Shown: positions 14,560 to 27,384 of the stretch, piece after piece
Numbering within the stretch: the stretch's first letter is position 1
Layout of the letters: each line of letters begins with the position of its first letter
From: Octopus vulgaris
Lineage: Eukaryota
DNA: 64,000 nucleotides
Reading direction: 5' to 3'
Assembly: GCA_951406725.2 (NCBI GenBank)
Contig: OX597818.1
Coordinates: forward strand, 87,110,001 to 87,174,000
The notes under the pieces: generated by a model
The model's database searches: none
The model's input: the letters and a program-made list of their open reading frames with translations, nothing else
What the model was told of the DNA's origin: nothing
Position numbers and translations under genes: made by a program

Positions 14560-15279
14560 TATGTCCTCACTTGCACTCAGTACTCACAAAGCTTTGGTTG
14601 ACCCAGGGGTTTAGTAGAAGACATTTGCTTGCCCAAAGTGCCATGCCGTGGGATTGAACCCGGAACCATATTGGGAAGCAAGCTTGAAGGATATCCACAT
14701 CTCCCCCAGCATTCACAAAAGCTTTGGTTGGCCCAGGAATTTAGCAGAAGGCACTTAACCCAAGGCACCATGCTGTGGGACTGAAACTGGAACCAAGTGA
14801 TTGGGAAGCAAGCTTCTTACCACACAGCCACACTCTATTTACTTACTTGTGGATTTGATAAACAGAAACTAAAGATCTTGTGTGTGTCCGTGTGTCAATG
14901 TCCTTGTCTGCGATTCATGTGATAATTACAAACTTGAACCATGTCAGACAAGTGGTGACCTTCTGTTTCTAGTCTTACTTGAAAATGCATCCTGCTGGGG
15001 AAAATATATAGACCATAAAAAATCAGGAGGTTCGAGAGGTAAATATATTTCTTTAACGAAGTGGTTAAATAAATATATTCACCTCTAATACCGCTTGGTC
15101 TATGTGCTCACCATGAAATAATTTCATTGATTGGATCTCTTGCATTTCAGCTGCACAGAAATCTGCATTATACTCCTCTGAATTGGATTACTATGTAGTC
15201 TGGTAACCAGGTCCACTAGAGGAGCTTATTGTGATTGCCACAGGATTTCTCCATGAATCCATATATTGCACTAAAAATT

Positions 15280-15318
<39 letters not shown>

Positions 15319-15756
15319 GTGTGAATGTGTGGTAAGAAATTTGCTTCTCAACCACATAGTTCCATGTTCAGTAACCACTACATGGCACCTTGGGAAATTG
15401 TGTTCTATTATATTCCAGGCTAACCAAAACCTTATGAGTCAATTTGGTAGATGGAAACTAAAAGTTTCAGGGATGTAAACATACCAATATCAGTTGTCAA
15501 GTGATGGTGGGGGGTGAACACAGACATACAACACACACACACACACACACACACACATAATGAGCTTCTTTCAGTTTCCATCTACCAAATTTACTCACAA
15601 GGTTTTTATTATAGCCTCAACCTGAGGCTATAATAGAAGACACTTGCCTAAGGTGCCATGCAGTGACACTCAATCCAGTACCATGTGGTTGGTAAGCAAG
15701 CTATTTACCACACAGCCACACCTGTATGTGTGTGTGTGTGTATATATATATATGTT

Positions 15757-15794
<38 letters not shown>

Positions 15795-15925
15795 GAGCTT
15801 TCAGTTTTGGTCTACTAAATCCACTTATAAGGCTTTGGTTGGCCTGAGGCTATAGTAGGAGACATTCGCCCAACGTACCATGCAGTGGGACTGAACCCAG
15901 AACCATGTGGTTGGGAAGGAAGCTT
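14560..15925. mobile_element. Cluster of family C fragments in both orientations
   Basis: Minus fragments at ~14560-14830, 15470-15722 and 15790-15925; plus fragment at ~15310-15465. Confidence 0.7.
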
Positions 15926-16390
15926 AAAGCTTCGAGAATGACTTCAAACATTTGACTGTATGAGGTGTGCGTGAAGAGTTGTGTGGTAGTGTACAGGAAC
16001 AAAATATGTATATGTATGATAGTTACATACCTGTTCTACAGTCACATTATTTATGTTCAATACACAGAGCTGGCCTTCAAACCTACTTAAAGCCACATTC
16101 TTTAGTGAAGAACCTCATTCATGGGAATTTGAGTGTGTGCGTCTGTCTGTATGACTGTGTGTGCGAGAGAGGGGGAGAAAGAAGTGTGTGCATGTGTTGT
16201 TTGTACATAGTTTATTTTGTCTGTCTGGTTTATTGTGCTTTTGTATGCATTCATATAATATATATATATACACCTTGTGTGGGTTTACGACATTCATTGC
16301 TGTGTCTATGTCTTACAAGGATTATATAATTTAATGCTGTGAGTGTATTTGATTTATTAGTTTTTGTGTTCTTTATCGTTTATGTTATTG

Positions 16391-16564
16391 CCTCTGTTGT
16401 TGTTTAACCTGAGGCAAATCTTGATTGAGCAAACCTCTGACCAAAGGCATTCCATTCATGACCAACGTGCCTTTTTTCCTCTGTTGTTGTTTAACCTGGG
16501 GCAAATCTTGATTGAGCAAACCTCTGACCAAAGGTATTCCACTCATGACCAACGTGCCTTTTTT
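16391..16564. repeat. Tandem duplication of an ~87-bp unit
   Basis: cctctgttgttgtttaacctg...catgaccaacgtgccttttt twice, near-identical. Confidence 0.9.
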
Positions 16565-17019
16565 AAATAAGCTATCAAAAGCTACATTGTTCACTGCAGC
16601 CTTTTTGCATTTACGATGGTAGGTGTGATTTAAAAAACATTTTACTGGTGTTTCTAGCAGACTAATTTACCCCCCACTTCTGACTCCTTCATTGCTGGCT
16701 TATAACCCGTGTGTTACTGTAGATGTGTGTTTTATAGCATGTTTAGTACCATGGCTGTGTGTGTCTGTCTATATGTCATTTATTTGTTAATTGCATTAGT
16801 AATTGGGATGTGGCCATGCTGGGGCACTGCATTGAACAAATCAGCCTCAGTACTTACATTTCTTTAAAGCCTGAGCCTTATTCCAACAGGCCCTTTTGCC
16901 AAACATCTAAGTTACAGGGAGGTAAACAAACCAACACCAGTTGTCAGGTAATTGGAGGAAGGTGACAAACACAGACACACAAACACATACACAACCACTC
17001 ATATATGTATATATATATA

Positions 17020-17880
17020 CAGGGTGCGGTGAATTAACTGTCATCTAAATTACGCAGAAATGAAAATTACACTGACTTCTCATTTTAACATAGACTAGCA
17101 GTATAGCCCGGCGTCGCTCGGGTTTGTTTTCTTTTCGACCCTTTTGAATTGGAATTTTTGAAAAGTAAAAATTTTGCATTATGTAACTTGTTATTCTCAA
17201 GTGAACATCTTTCTGGTTGAAATACACCAAAAAATGGCGACACAGCAGTCAAAAAATTGTTAAAAAATAGGGATTTTCATAGAAAAAAAAACACCTTTTT
17301 GATGTAAATAATCTTTGGTTTTAACATGGTCCGATTTGAATTTTTTCTTCTTCGGAATGAAGAGCAAGCCTTCTTCTATCATACTCTCAACTTGCGCCAC
17401 AGAGTCTTGGAGGAGATAGTGTTGGTTGAAGGCTACCAAACCTGCCACTTCAGCTTTATATATAAAGATTTACCAAAATTACATTAAAATATCTTGAAAT
17501 ACTAAAGAGTAAATTTATTCAATAAAATTGCCATTGGCTTCAACTATGGCCCCCAGACGACTTCGGAGTCTCCTGCAGCTCTTCCAGATGGTCTCCTTGT
17601 TTAAGTTGGTGAATGCTGCAATATCCTTGCCTTCAGTTCATCTTTGGTGTTACAAGGTGTTTTGTTGATCTCTTGCTCAACTGCACCCCACACATAATAA
17701 TCAAGGGGGTTTCAGTTTGAGGAGTTAGGTGGTCAGATGTTAGTGGGGATGTGATCACAGAAATTGTCTGACAGCCATGATTGGGTTCTCTTGCTTGTGT
17801 GGCATGGTTAAGACATAGGGTCTTCCAGTAGCCACCCTCTTGACCCAGGGCACTTGATGTAGGCTTCTTTACCATGCAGC
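17020..17880 (-). mobile_element. Tc1/mariner-superfamily transposon relic (DDxD type, maT-like), interrupted by a Helitron
   Basis: Terminus TA|CAGGGTG at 17020. Decayed minus-strand transposase C-terminus PCHTSKRTQSWLSDNFCDH...PPNS...NPLDYYVWGAVEQEINKTPCNTKDELKARI...RSRLGAIVEANGNFIE*. Confidence 0.8.
17095..17468 (-). mobile_element. Non-autonomous Helitron, related subfamily
   Basis: Shares the terminus ctagcagtat..cccggcgtcgctcgggtttgt (hairpin plus CTAG on the minus strand) and the 5' TC. It splits a Tc1/mariner element cleanly at an A|T site (ataga|tttacc). Confidence 0.75.
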
Positions 17881-18185
17881 TATGACTGTCTCTATATCCA
17901 TGTCTAGTATAGCATTGTCTGTTTACATAATACATATGTATGTGTTAGTATATTTGTGTGTGAATATATGTATGTGTGTGTATGCATGTGTGTGTAGTGC
18001 TTATTGCAACACAGACTTCGCTGTATGTACCTACATGTGTGTGTTGTTTCATGTTAACATGTATTTGTATGTATATAACACAGACACACACACACACATA
18101 CATACATTCAACACAGATACACACACAAACATACACAACACACATACACACACACACACACACACATACATACATACATACATTC

Positions 18186-18405
18186 AATATGTGATCGCCT
18201 GTGTATCGTTGGCGATTTTTTTTTTTCCCTCCATCTTCTCTTCCTTGGATCTTTCCTTTGCCTATGTTTCTGACAAAGAGCTCTGCTCGAAACGTTAAAT
18301 CCTCCTCCTTCTTTCTTTCCTTTCCTAAGCGTCCAATAATACTATACTTGTTCCACATCCTCGCGTTGTGCTTTCTCTTTGTGTTTTCATGTTTGGACTA
18401 ACTTT
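18186..18405 (+). mobile_element. Penelope-like terminal-repeat fragment with a mutated hammerhead-like core
   Basis: Reverse-complement homologue of 43160-43392. The core reads CTGACAA-AGAGC-TCT-GCTC-GAAAC-GTT, so the G8 position is mutated. Confidence 0.55.
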
Positions 18406-18430
18406 ACATACATACATACATACATAGATG

Positions 18431-18645
18431 CGAGTGGGTGCTGAAAAGTTCCTGGCTTTAAGGGTTTTGCGAAAGGCCTGGTTGGAGGCCCAGCCTTCTG
18501 AGTTCTTTTACAGGGCTTAGAAAAACTGAAGGACCACTGCAGTAAGTGCATGAATCTGAGTGGGGAATACATTGAATAAAAGCATTATTGATCTTCCTGT
18601 ATTTTCTTTTACCCAAAACGTGGAACATTTCAGCACCTCCCTCTG
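18431..18645 (+). mobile_element. Mariner-derived MITE
   Basis: TIRs gggtgctgaaaagttcc / ggaacatttcagcacc. Retains a mariner transposase end (GLEKLKDHCSKCMNLSGEYIE*). Second copy at 41760-41976. Confidence 0.75.
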
Positions 18646-19313
18646 TGTGTGTGCTGAGTTTAATTCGCCCTAGTCGAAAGACACCTGTTTATGATGTCCT
18701 GTTATTGTTATTATTATTATTATTATTGTTTTTACGTATTATTTTTGTATTCATATTTGTGTCACATCGTCCGTTTTTCTGTCCTTGTTTTGTATACATT
18801 CGGAGCTTTCTTCCAAAGAATCTAATGCGCTTAGCTTAGTTTTTCCTTGGGGCTGGCCAGATTGGAGTAATCTCAAGATTAATCAGCTGAAATTGCGAGG
18901 ATGATTCGGTTCTTGACTGAAGATTGAAGGCTTTGAATGTCCCGTCCGTGCTTTTTGTATCGTCTTCAAAATGTTTTGCGTTCTTGTCCCAGTTTATATT
19001 TTTTATACATATATATATATATATATAAAATTCTGAAGACTCCACTAGAGTGGACACAAGCGCTAATATATGATTTATAAAAACATGTGACATATTAATA
19101 AATATTTATCCTTATTTCTCCTAATATAAATATACATGTATATGCCATAAATTATAGAGAAATAGTTTGATGAAATTTTATTTAACAGTAAGAAAATTCT
19201 AATATCACAACAAATTGTTTCATAACTTATAAACATGTAAATAATTTATATTATTATATTTGATAATACAATATATATATATGCACACATACAATACTTA
19301 CACATGTATATTC

Positions 19314-19347
<34 letters not shown>

Positions 19348-19880
19348 ACATATATTTATACACACACAAACATGTTTAATAAATGATGCAGTTTTCCCCA
19401 GTATCACAGTAACCTCACATTGTTTGGTGTGAGGGTTGTGCTATAGAAGTAGATGGCAGTGGTGGTGGTGGTCGTGGGTGGGGTGGGGTTGGCAGGACAG
19501 AGATAACTGATGGCTATTAGTGGTGTTTACCTGCTTTGTGGGAAGATTCTGGATTAGGGTGGGTAGGTTCTGACAGATTTCTGGTGCTGGTGACGTTATC
19601 TCTTATCTCACTGAACAGAGGAGACCATTGTGAAGGAGGTTCTCTGATGTTTTGTTGATTGTTCAACACTGAATTTAGGCATGGAGTTCGGTAGCCATAG
19701 CTGCCGCGTGCGTGTGTGTGTGTAAGCATTCATTCTGCATATTTTTGTTGAATGCAGACTCCTGTGCATACATACACTTATGTTTATTCTTATACATGTG
19801 TATATATTCAAATATAAATACATACATATATACACACACACACACACATATACGCATATATATATGTATGTACGCACACA

Positions 19881-19916
<36 letters not shown>

Positions 19917-20119
19917 TCAACCCATGCCCATGTGGAATTTGGACACTCAATGGATTATAATGATATTTACTGAATCTACAGATGTATGTTTGTGTGTGTG
20001 CATGCATGTATTTATGGATGTGTGTATATATACACATGTACACACACATATGTGTATGCATATACATATACAGTATTCCTAAAAAGCTGTATGCATATAT
20101 TGAATGATGATAAAGTTAG

Positions 20120-20430
20120 TATTTATTGCAACACATTTTATTCGGGAAATTTAATTGAATCTATAGACAGAATTTAATATTTTATGAACACTTATTTTCA
20201 AACTGATGACCGTTCTTGTCCAGGCACTGCCAATAATGCTAAGCAGTGGAATCACATGCATCAAAGCAACATTTTGCACATTTTCATTCAATCGCTGCCC
20301 TCAATTCATTGACTGTTGCTGGTTTTGTATCATAATTTTTTGTCTTTTAAGTACCCCTTTAAGTACTACCTTGTCTGGTAGTGTAAGGTCCAGTGGATGT
20401 GGAAGGTTTCTACTGAACCTCTTCATCCAA
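20120..20430 (-). mobile_element. Tc1/mariner transposase C-terminal relic
   Basis: Minus-strand fragments PHPLDLTLPD and YDTKPATVNELR resemble the SPDLTPxD...VYxxKPxTxxEL region; heavily decayed. Confidence 0.45.
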
Positions 20431-20495
20431 GTGATCTTGTGGGGACAAACATATACACACACATACATACATACATACATACATACATACATACA

Positions 20496-20531
<36 letters not shown>

Positions 20532-21317
20532 CAACGGGCTTCTTTCAGTTTCAGTCTACAAAATCCACTCACAAGGCTTTGGTCGGACCAAGGCTGTAGT
20601 AGAAGACACTTGCCCCAGGTGCCATGCAGTGGGACTGAACCCAGAACCACGTGGTTCGTAAGCAAGCTACTTACCACACAGCCACTCCTACGCCTATGTA
20701 CATTCTGAATTCAAATTCTGCCAGGATCAACTTTGCCTTTCATCCTTTTGGAAGTTAATAGAATAAGTACCAGTTGAGTACTGGGATCAATCTAATCGAC
20801 ATAGCCCCTCCCCTGAAATTACTGGCCTTGTACCAAAATATACCCATTCTCATTTGTGGGGCTTATCAATCGTTTTCCTGAATGTTTCTTGTGGACATTC
20901 TGAATAGTTCTTTCTGCTTCAAATTTATTTCTAATTCAAACGATGGTAAATCACATTGAAGGATCTCTTTGAAACCGTTTCCTAAATTGTCTTTGCACTT
21001 CACTTTGCATTTACAAATTTCCAGTAGCTTATAGGGTAAGTCAAAGCTTAGTCTGGCTTCCTTCATTATTTTTCATGGGTTAAATTTAAAAAATGAAAAT
21101 TGAGTTATCAGCTATTAAAGTGTGAGCAATAAGAAGGTTTCTCGTGCATTCCATTTCCCATCTCTAAAATCTGTTTTATACTCAACGTACACTGAGGAAT
21201 TCCTGAGATAGATCCAGCGACAATTTTGTAATTACTGTAGATGATGTCAGGTAGCCATACGTAGTGAACATGCTTTATGGGTGTACTATTTGGAACATAC
21301 CCAACACTCAAGAGTGC

Positions 21318-21366
<49 letters not shown>

Positions 21367-21369
21367 ATT

Positions 21370-21957
21370 TTTTACTTGTTTCAGTCATTAGGACTGCAAT
21401 CATGCTGGGACACTACCTTGAAGAACTTTTAGCTGAAGGAATCAAACCCTGATACTTTTTTTTTAAAGCCTGGTACTTATTCTATCAGTCTCTTTTGCTG
21501 CACCACTAAGTTACAGGGATGTAAACACACCAACACCAGTTGTCAAGTGAGAGACAAACAAGTATATATATATATATACTAGCAGTATCGCCCGGCGTTG
21601 CTCAGGTTTGTAAGGGAAATAACTATAAAGCAGAGTTATAGAGAGTTATAGCCAAAAAATAGCAAAAAAATGGGAAAAAAATGATGGTAAATTTTTTTGA
21701 GAGTTAAAAAAGGTAGAGTTGCGTCCCCTAGACGGTCTGTGGTTTGGGTTTCTAATTCTCGACCCCATGTCGAATTTATCGATTTTTTTCAGAACTGGGG
21801 GAACTTTTCAAAATTTTCGCTGCGTTAGTTTTGAATTATGACATTGGGCTATGTGTGTGTCAAGTTTCATCAGAATCGGTTGAAAGCCGTGGTCAGAGTG
21901 AGGGTACGAGAAAACAGACACACAGAAACACGCACAGACAAACTGCCGTTTATATAG

Positions 21958-22006
<49 letters not shown>

Positions 22007-22195
22007 CACACACACACACACACACACACAATGGGCTTCTTTCAGTTTCCACAGTTTCCGACTACCAAATCCACTCTCGAGCCTTTGGTCAACCTGAAGC
22101 TATACTAGAAGACACTTACCCAAGGTGTGATGCGGTGCAACTGAACTTGGAACCATGTGGTTGAGAAGCAAGCTTCTTACCACCCAGCCATGCCT
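21370..22195 (-). mobile_element. SINE family C split by a Helitron
   Basis: Tail half 21370-21560 and head half 22030-22195 flank the Helitron at 21579-21962. Confidence 0.8.
21579..21962 (-). mobile_element. Non-autonomous Helitron
   Basis: On the minus strand it begins TC and ends with a GC-rich subterminal segment plus CTAG, inserted between A and T without a TSD. Near-identical to 59936-60321; sits inside the internal (TA)n of a SINE. Confidence 0.8.
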
Positions 22196-22794
22196 ATCAT
22201 TATTTCAGTGACCATTTATCTATGTTCACTTGAATTGAGTGGAATTTACTGGGGCAGATTTCTCTGCAGCCAGATGCCCTTCCTGTCACCAACTCTCACC
22301 TGTTTCCAAGTAAGATAATATTTCCCCATGATCAGACGTGTTATAATAGAAAGGTTGAAGACAAAGGATACCGCTTATGTCACTGTAACACTTGCTTACA
22401 GTTATCATGTAATGTTAAGGAAAAAGACTGTAACATGTGCACACACACACACACATGCATGCATGTGCATTTGTGCATGCACAATGACAGCAACAGCAAC
22501 AAGTTTTTTCTCAGCTTCCGTCTTCTGAATCCATTCACAAGGCTTTGGTTGACCCAGGAAGACATTTACCCTTGGTGTCATGCATTGAGATCAAACCCTC
22601 ACCTTTGTGGTTGGGAAGCTAGCTTCTTACCACACTGCCACACATGCACCTCTGTGTGTGTGTGTGGTTATTGAGCAAGGCGTGGCAATATCCATTTGAT
22701 ATTGTTGGCTTGTTCCTAAGCATTTCATCAGCCAGCTTTAGTATTCTGGCTATTCCAGGGAGGAGAAGGGAGAGCTATACAACTAGGGTCTTTC

Positions 22795-23215
22795 GTATTC
22801 TGCCTCTTTTCCCAGGGAACATTCCATCAACTTCTACCCCCTTCTTAAACCACCCTATGCACCACAATCCCTCACTTAACTGCACCCCATATTCTCCACC
22901 AACACATACCTGCATGACCCCTATTTCAGCCTCCCTTTCCAGGGGACATTCCATTGACTTCTACCCCCTTCTTAAACCACCCTATGTACCACAATCCCCC
23001 ACTTCACTGCACCCCATATTCTCCACTGACACACACATGATACCTGCATGATCCCTATTTCAGCCTCCCTTTCCAGGGGACATTCCATCAACCTCTAGCC
23101 CCATCTTAAGCCATCCTGTGTGCCATGGCTAACTTCGCCACCAAACTGTCTATTAACACATACCAGCAGGGTGCCTATTTTCAGTCTCCCTTTCCTGGAG
23201 ACATTCCATTAACCC
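22795..23215. repeat. Tandem repeat, ~125-bp unit, 3-4 decaying copies
   Basis: Recurring cctatttcagcctccctttccaggggacattccat. Confidence 0.85.
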
Positions 23216-23626
23216 CACTCCACAGCACTCCACCCTGAACGAACCCTTATATTCATCTTCCAGTTACTGTGGTGACAGATTTAATGATGTCTTGTTTATT
23301 GGGTCTCCGATCCCTTTTTCTCCCTCCCTTTATTATGTTGTAAAGTGGGTGTGTCCCTTCTCAGTGTGCATATAATGTGGTAACAGTTATGGTATGTATG
23401 TGTGTGTGTGTGTGTATGTATATATATCTATTTGTATGTGTGTATATATGTATGTATCTGTGTGTGTATGTATATATAGCTATTTGTATGTGTGTATGTA
23501 TGTATATATATATATATGCATGTATTTGTATATGTCTGTATATGTATGTATATGTGTGTGTTTGAATTTGTGTGTGTGTATATATATATGTGTATGTATA
23601 TGTTTGTGTATGTATGCCTATATCTT

Positions 23627-23657
<31 letters not shown>

Positions 23658-24140
23658 GTTTGTGTATGTATGCCTTTATCTTTGTGTATATATATATATG
23701 TTTGTGTATGTATGCCTATATCTTTGTATATATGTGTGTGTGTGTGATATGTATGTATATGTATGCATGATGTCAGCTTTAATGAGTTCCTCATATTGCA
23801 TATGTTTCCCTTCCTCTAAACGCAGTCTTTGCCTGTTTGCATCTTTGCATGTGTGCCTGTATGTGTGTATGTATGTTTGTGTGTGTGTGTGTGTGCGTGC
23901 CAGTCCTTGTAATGAATGCAGATGGTTTGCTGTTGTCCAACCTTAAGTCAACCCTGTCTCGTCAGCATGTATCTAGAACTATTTTAACTAACATATTCCT
24001 TCTTAGATTATGTTGGTAGGGTGTGAATAAGTCCTGGGGTTGATTTCTTCGGCTAAAAAAAACCAGTATGGCCACAGACAAAAATGACTGAAACCAACCC
24101 TCAAGTAAAAGAATGAAAGAATATATGCAGCCTTTTGACC

Positions 24141-24183
<43 letters not shown>

Positions 24184-25139
24184 CACACACACACACATAC
24201 ATATAGTATGCATTTTTTTCGTATGTGGGTGTGTGCATGCACATGCATCAACTATCTGAGAGAGGTCAGAGCTGAGCTGCTAGAATGAGACCCATGGTCT
24301 CTTATTGCTAAAAATGGAGTGAATCCTGCTGTAGATGCCAGCCTCAGTGGTGTGTGTGTGTGTGTGTGTGCGCGTGGAGGGAGGGAGGGAGTGAAGGTGG
24401 GTGGGGCAGCATAACTGCCTGTTCTCCATCACCACCACACTCACCTTACCCTCATTGTGTCCTCTTTTCAGCAATGGGCAGCAAATTGGAGTGGGAGGTG
24501 GGCCAGCTGGTGGGTCTGGATTGGAGTGGAGGGGATGTTGTCCCCTTCTGTTGTCATCCTCCACTGACTTTCTGTGATATATTTCATCTTGCTCATCTGT
24601 TACCACCATCACTGCTCCTCCCTCCACCTGCTGACACTGTTAACTACTATTGCTGCTGCTACCACCACTGACCTACTACCACCACCACCACCACTACTAC
24701 CATTGACCTCTTACTATTACTGCCATCACCACTCTAACTCATTCTGTAGTCATTGTGCTTTCATTTCAAACTTCTTTGCTTCTCCTCTCTACCTCCTTTA
24801 TATATATATATATATATGTATGTATGCACTCATACAAATTGGTAAGATGACAAGTGAAAGAAAGTGGCACTCAACACACATATAGGAGTTTGATATTCTA
24901 TCTAATGATAGTCTAAACTTCAAGTCATATGGAGTTCGAGTCAAACTATTATTGAATTATATATGCATTTGTCTGTCTGTCTGTTTCATGCTTGAGTATT
25001 TCTCAACATATGAAACTATTACTAGCGCTTAAATACATGTATTGTGTCCTTTAAATAAATAATATTTATCGCTCACCAGATGGCGTACTCATTTTGTAGA
25101 ATTTTTTCTCACAGAACAATACATTATACATTCTTTTAT

Positions 25140-25354
25140 TCTTTTACTCGCTTCAGTCATTTGACTGCAGCCATGCTGGAGCACCGCCTTTAGTTGAACA
25201 AATCAACCCCAAGACTTGTTCTTTGTAAGTACTATTGGTCTCTTTTGCCGAACCATTAAGTTACGGGGACGTAAACACACCAACATTGCTTGTAAAGCGA
25301 TGGTGGTGGTGGGGGGTACAAACACAGACACACAAACATGTGTGTGTATTTATA

Positions 25355-25394
<40 letters not shown>

Positions 25395-25560
25395 CACACG
25401 ATGGGCTTCTTTCAGTTTCCGTCTACGAAATCCACGCACAAGGCTTTGGTTGGCCTGAGGCTATAGTAGAAGAAACTTGCCAAAGATGCCACACAGTGTG
25501 ACTGAACCTGGAACCATGTGGTTCTTAAGCAAGCTACTTGCCACACAACCACTTCTGTGC
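25140..25560 (-). mobile_element. SINE family C, full length
   Basis: Reverse complement of 3780-4170. Confidence 0.88.
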
Positions 25561-25608
<48 letters not shown>

Positions 25609-25633
25609 AGGTTTGGAGATGATGTACAGGTAT

Positions 25634-25890
25634 TATATATTAGAAAAAATGAGGTAATCAGATCGGATGGTTCATATTTATAGATATTTATTTATATATT
25701 ACATTTTTTACATATATATATCTATCATATCATTCGGATTATTAGCGCTTTCTGGGAGAAAGCGCTAATAATCCGAATGATATGATCTGAATGATATGAT
25801 AGATATATATATGTAAAAAATGTAATATATGAATAAATATCTATAAATATGAACCATCCGATCTGATTACCTCATTTTTTCTAATATATA
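25634..25890. repeat. Near-perfect long inverted repeat (~120-bp arms, 3-nt loop)
   Basis: Centre attagcgctttct-ggg-agaaagcgctaat. The arms match except for one substitution and a 14-nt duplication (ctgaatgatatgat) in the right arm. The arm is homologous to 26690-26795 and 19058-19125. Confidence 0.95.
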
Positions 25891-25923
25891 TATATATATA
25901 TAGATAGATAGAGAGATAGATAG

Positions 25924-26280
25924 ATGCAGGCATGGCTATGGTAAGTTTCCTTCTCAACCACATGGTTCTGGGTTCTGTCCCACTGCATGGCACCTTGGTT
26001 AAGTGTCTTCTACTATATGCTTGGGTTGATCAAAGCCTTGTGAGTGTATTTGGTGAACAGAAACTGAAAGAGGTCTGTTTGTGTGTGTGTGTCTTTGTGT
26101 CTGTTTGTCTCCCACCACTGCTAAACCACTGATGTTGGTGTGTTTATGTCCCCATAACTTAGCTCTTCGGCAAACAAGACAAAAGAGTAAGTATCGGAGT
26201 CAATTCGTTCAGCTAAAATTCTTCAAGGCAGTGCTCCAGCATGGCTGCAGTCTAATGACTGAATCAAGGAAAAGGTAACA
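25924..26280 (+). mobile_element. SINE family C, full length, diverged
   Basis: Colinear with 3780-4170; head-to-head with 25140-25560. Confidence 0.82.
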
Positions 26281-26480
26281 GAAATATATATATATATATA
26301 TATATATTCAAAATATGCAACATGGATATCCAGAAGTAATGCTGCATTACCTCTGGATATCCTTGTTGCTTATTTTCATTTTAATCACCTTATTTTGAAA
26401 TTGTATGGATAATACCGTACTAAATTCTGGTGCCTCAACCTAAGTACCATGTTCATCAGAATCTAAATTTTTGCTATATA

Positions 26481-26562
<82 letters not shown>

Positions 26563-27384
26563 TTTTATATTTTCTGGCATGGTATACCCTTAATTATATA
26601 TATGTATATATATAATACACTAAATAATACTATAAAAAGAGACAAAATTCCTGCAAAAGTTCAGTTTGACAACTCCACTAGAGTGGACAAAAGCGCTAAT
26701 ATATGATATATAATTTATAAAAACATGTAACATGCTAATAAATATCTGTAAATATTAGGCCATCCAAATTTCTGAGTACCTCATTTCTTCTAATATGTAT
26801 ATATATGTATAGACACACACACACAGACAAACACACCTGTACATACACTCCTTTCATCTCTCACTTTCTTTTTCTCTTGTTACCCACATATTCCACCCCC
26901 ATCTCTACCATGAGTATCTTACCAAGCCTGGTCTCTCGGGGGACCAGTGCTTTCTCCACCTGGAATCAGATTCATTTTAGGTTCGCCGACATGCATTATC
27001 ACCACCAGTCTACAACCACCTGACCGTTGCAGAAGCAGCACCACCACCATTACCACCATTACTACTGCAGCAATGAGCACCATTACTACTACCCCTTCCC
27101 TACTACTACAACTACTGCCAACACAACAGAAAGACAGGGTGGCCATGGTTGTATTTGTTAAAACTTTGGCCTGCTCAAGCAGAGGCTACTTAGGGTTGAA
27201 CAGCAACACCATTGTAATAAAAGCTACTAATATCACAGCACTACCACCATAACACTTTCACTGCAATACTGTTATGACCACAGCACTGCCATTACCTCTG
27301 CAACACCACCATCCAAACCACCACCACCGTGATATTGTTTAATTGATTATCTCGGTGATTATAGGTGCTATAATTAATGCAGAA

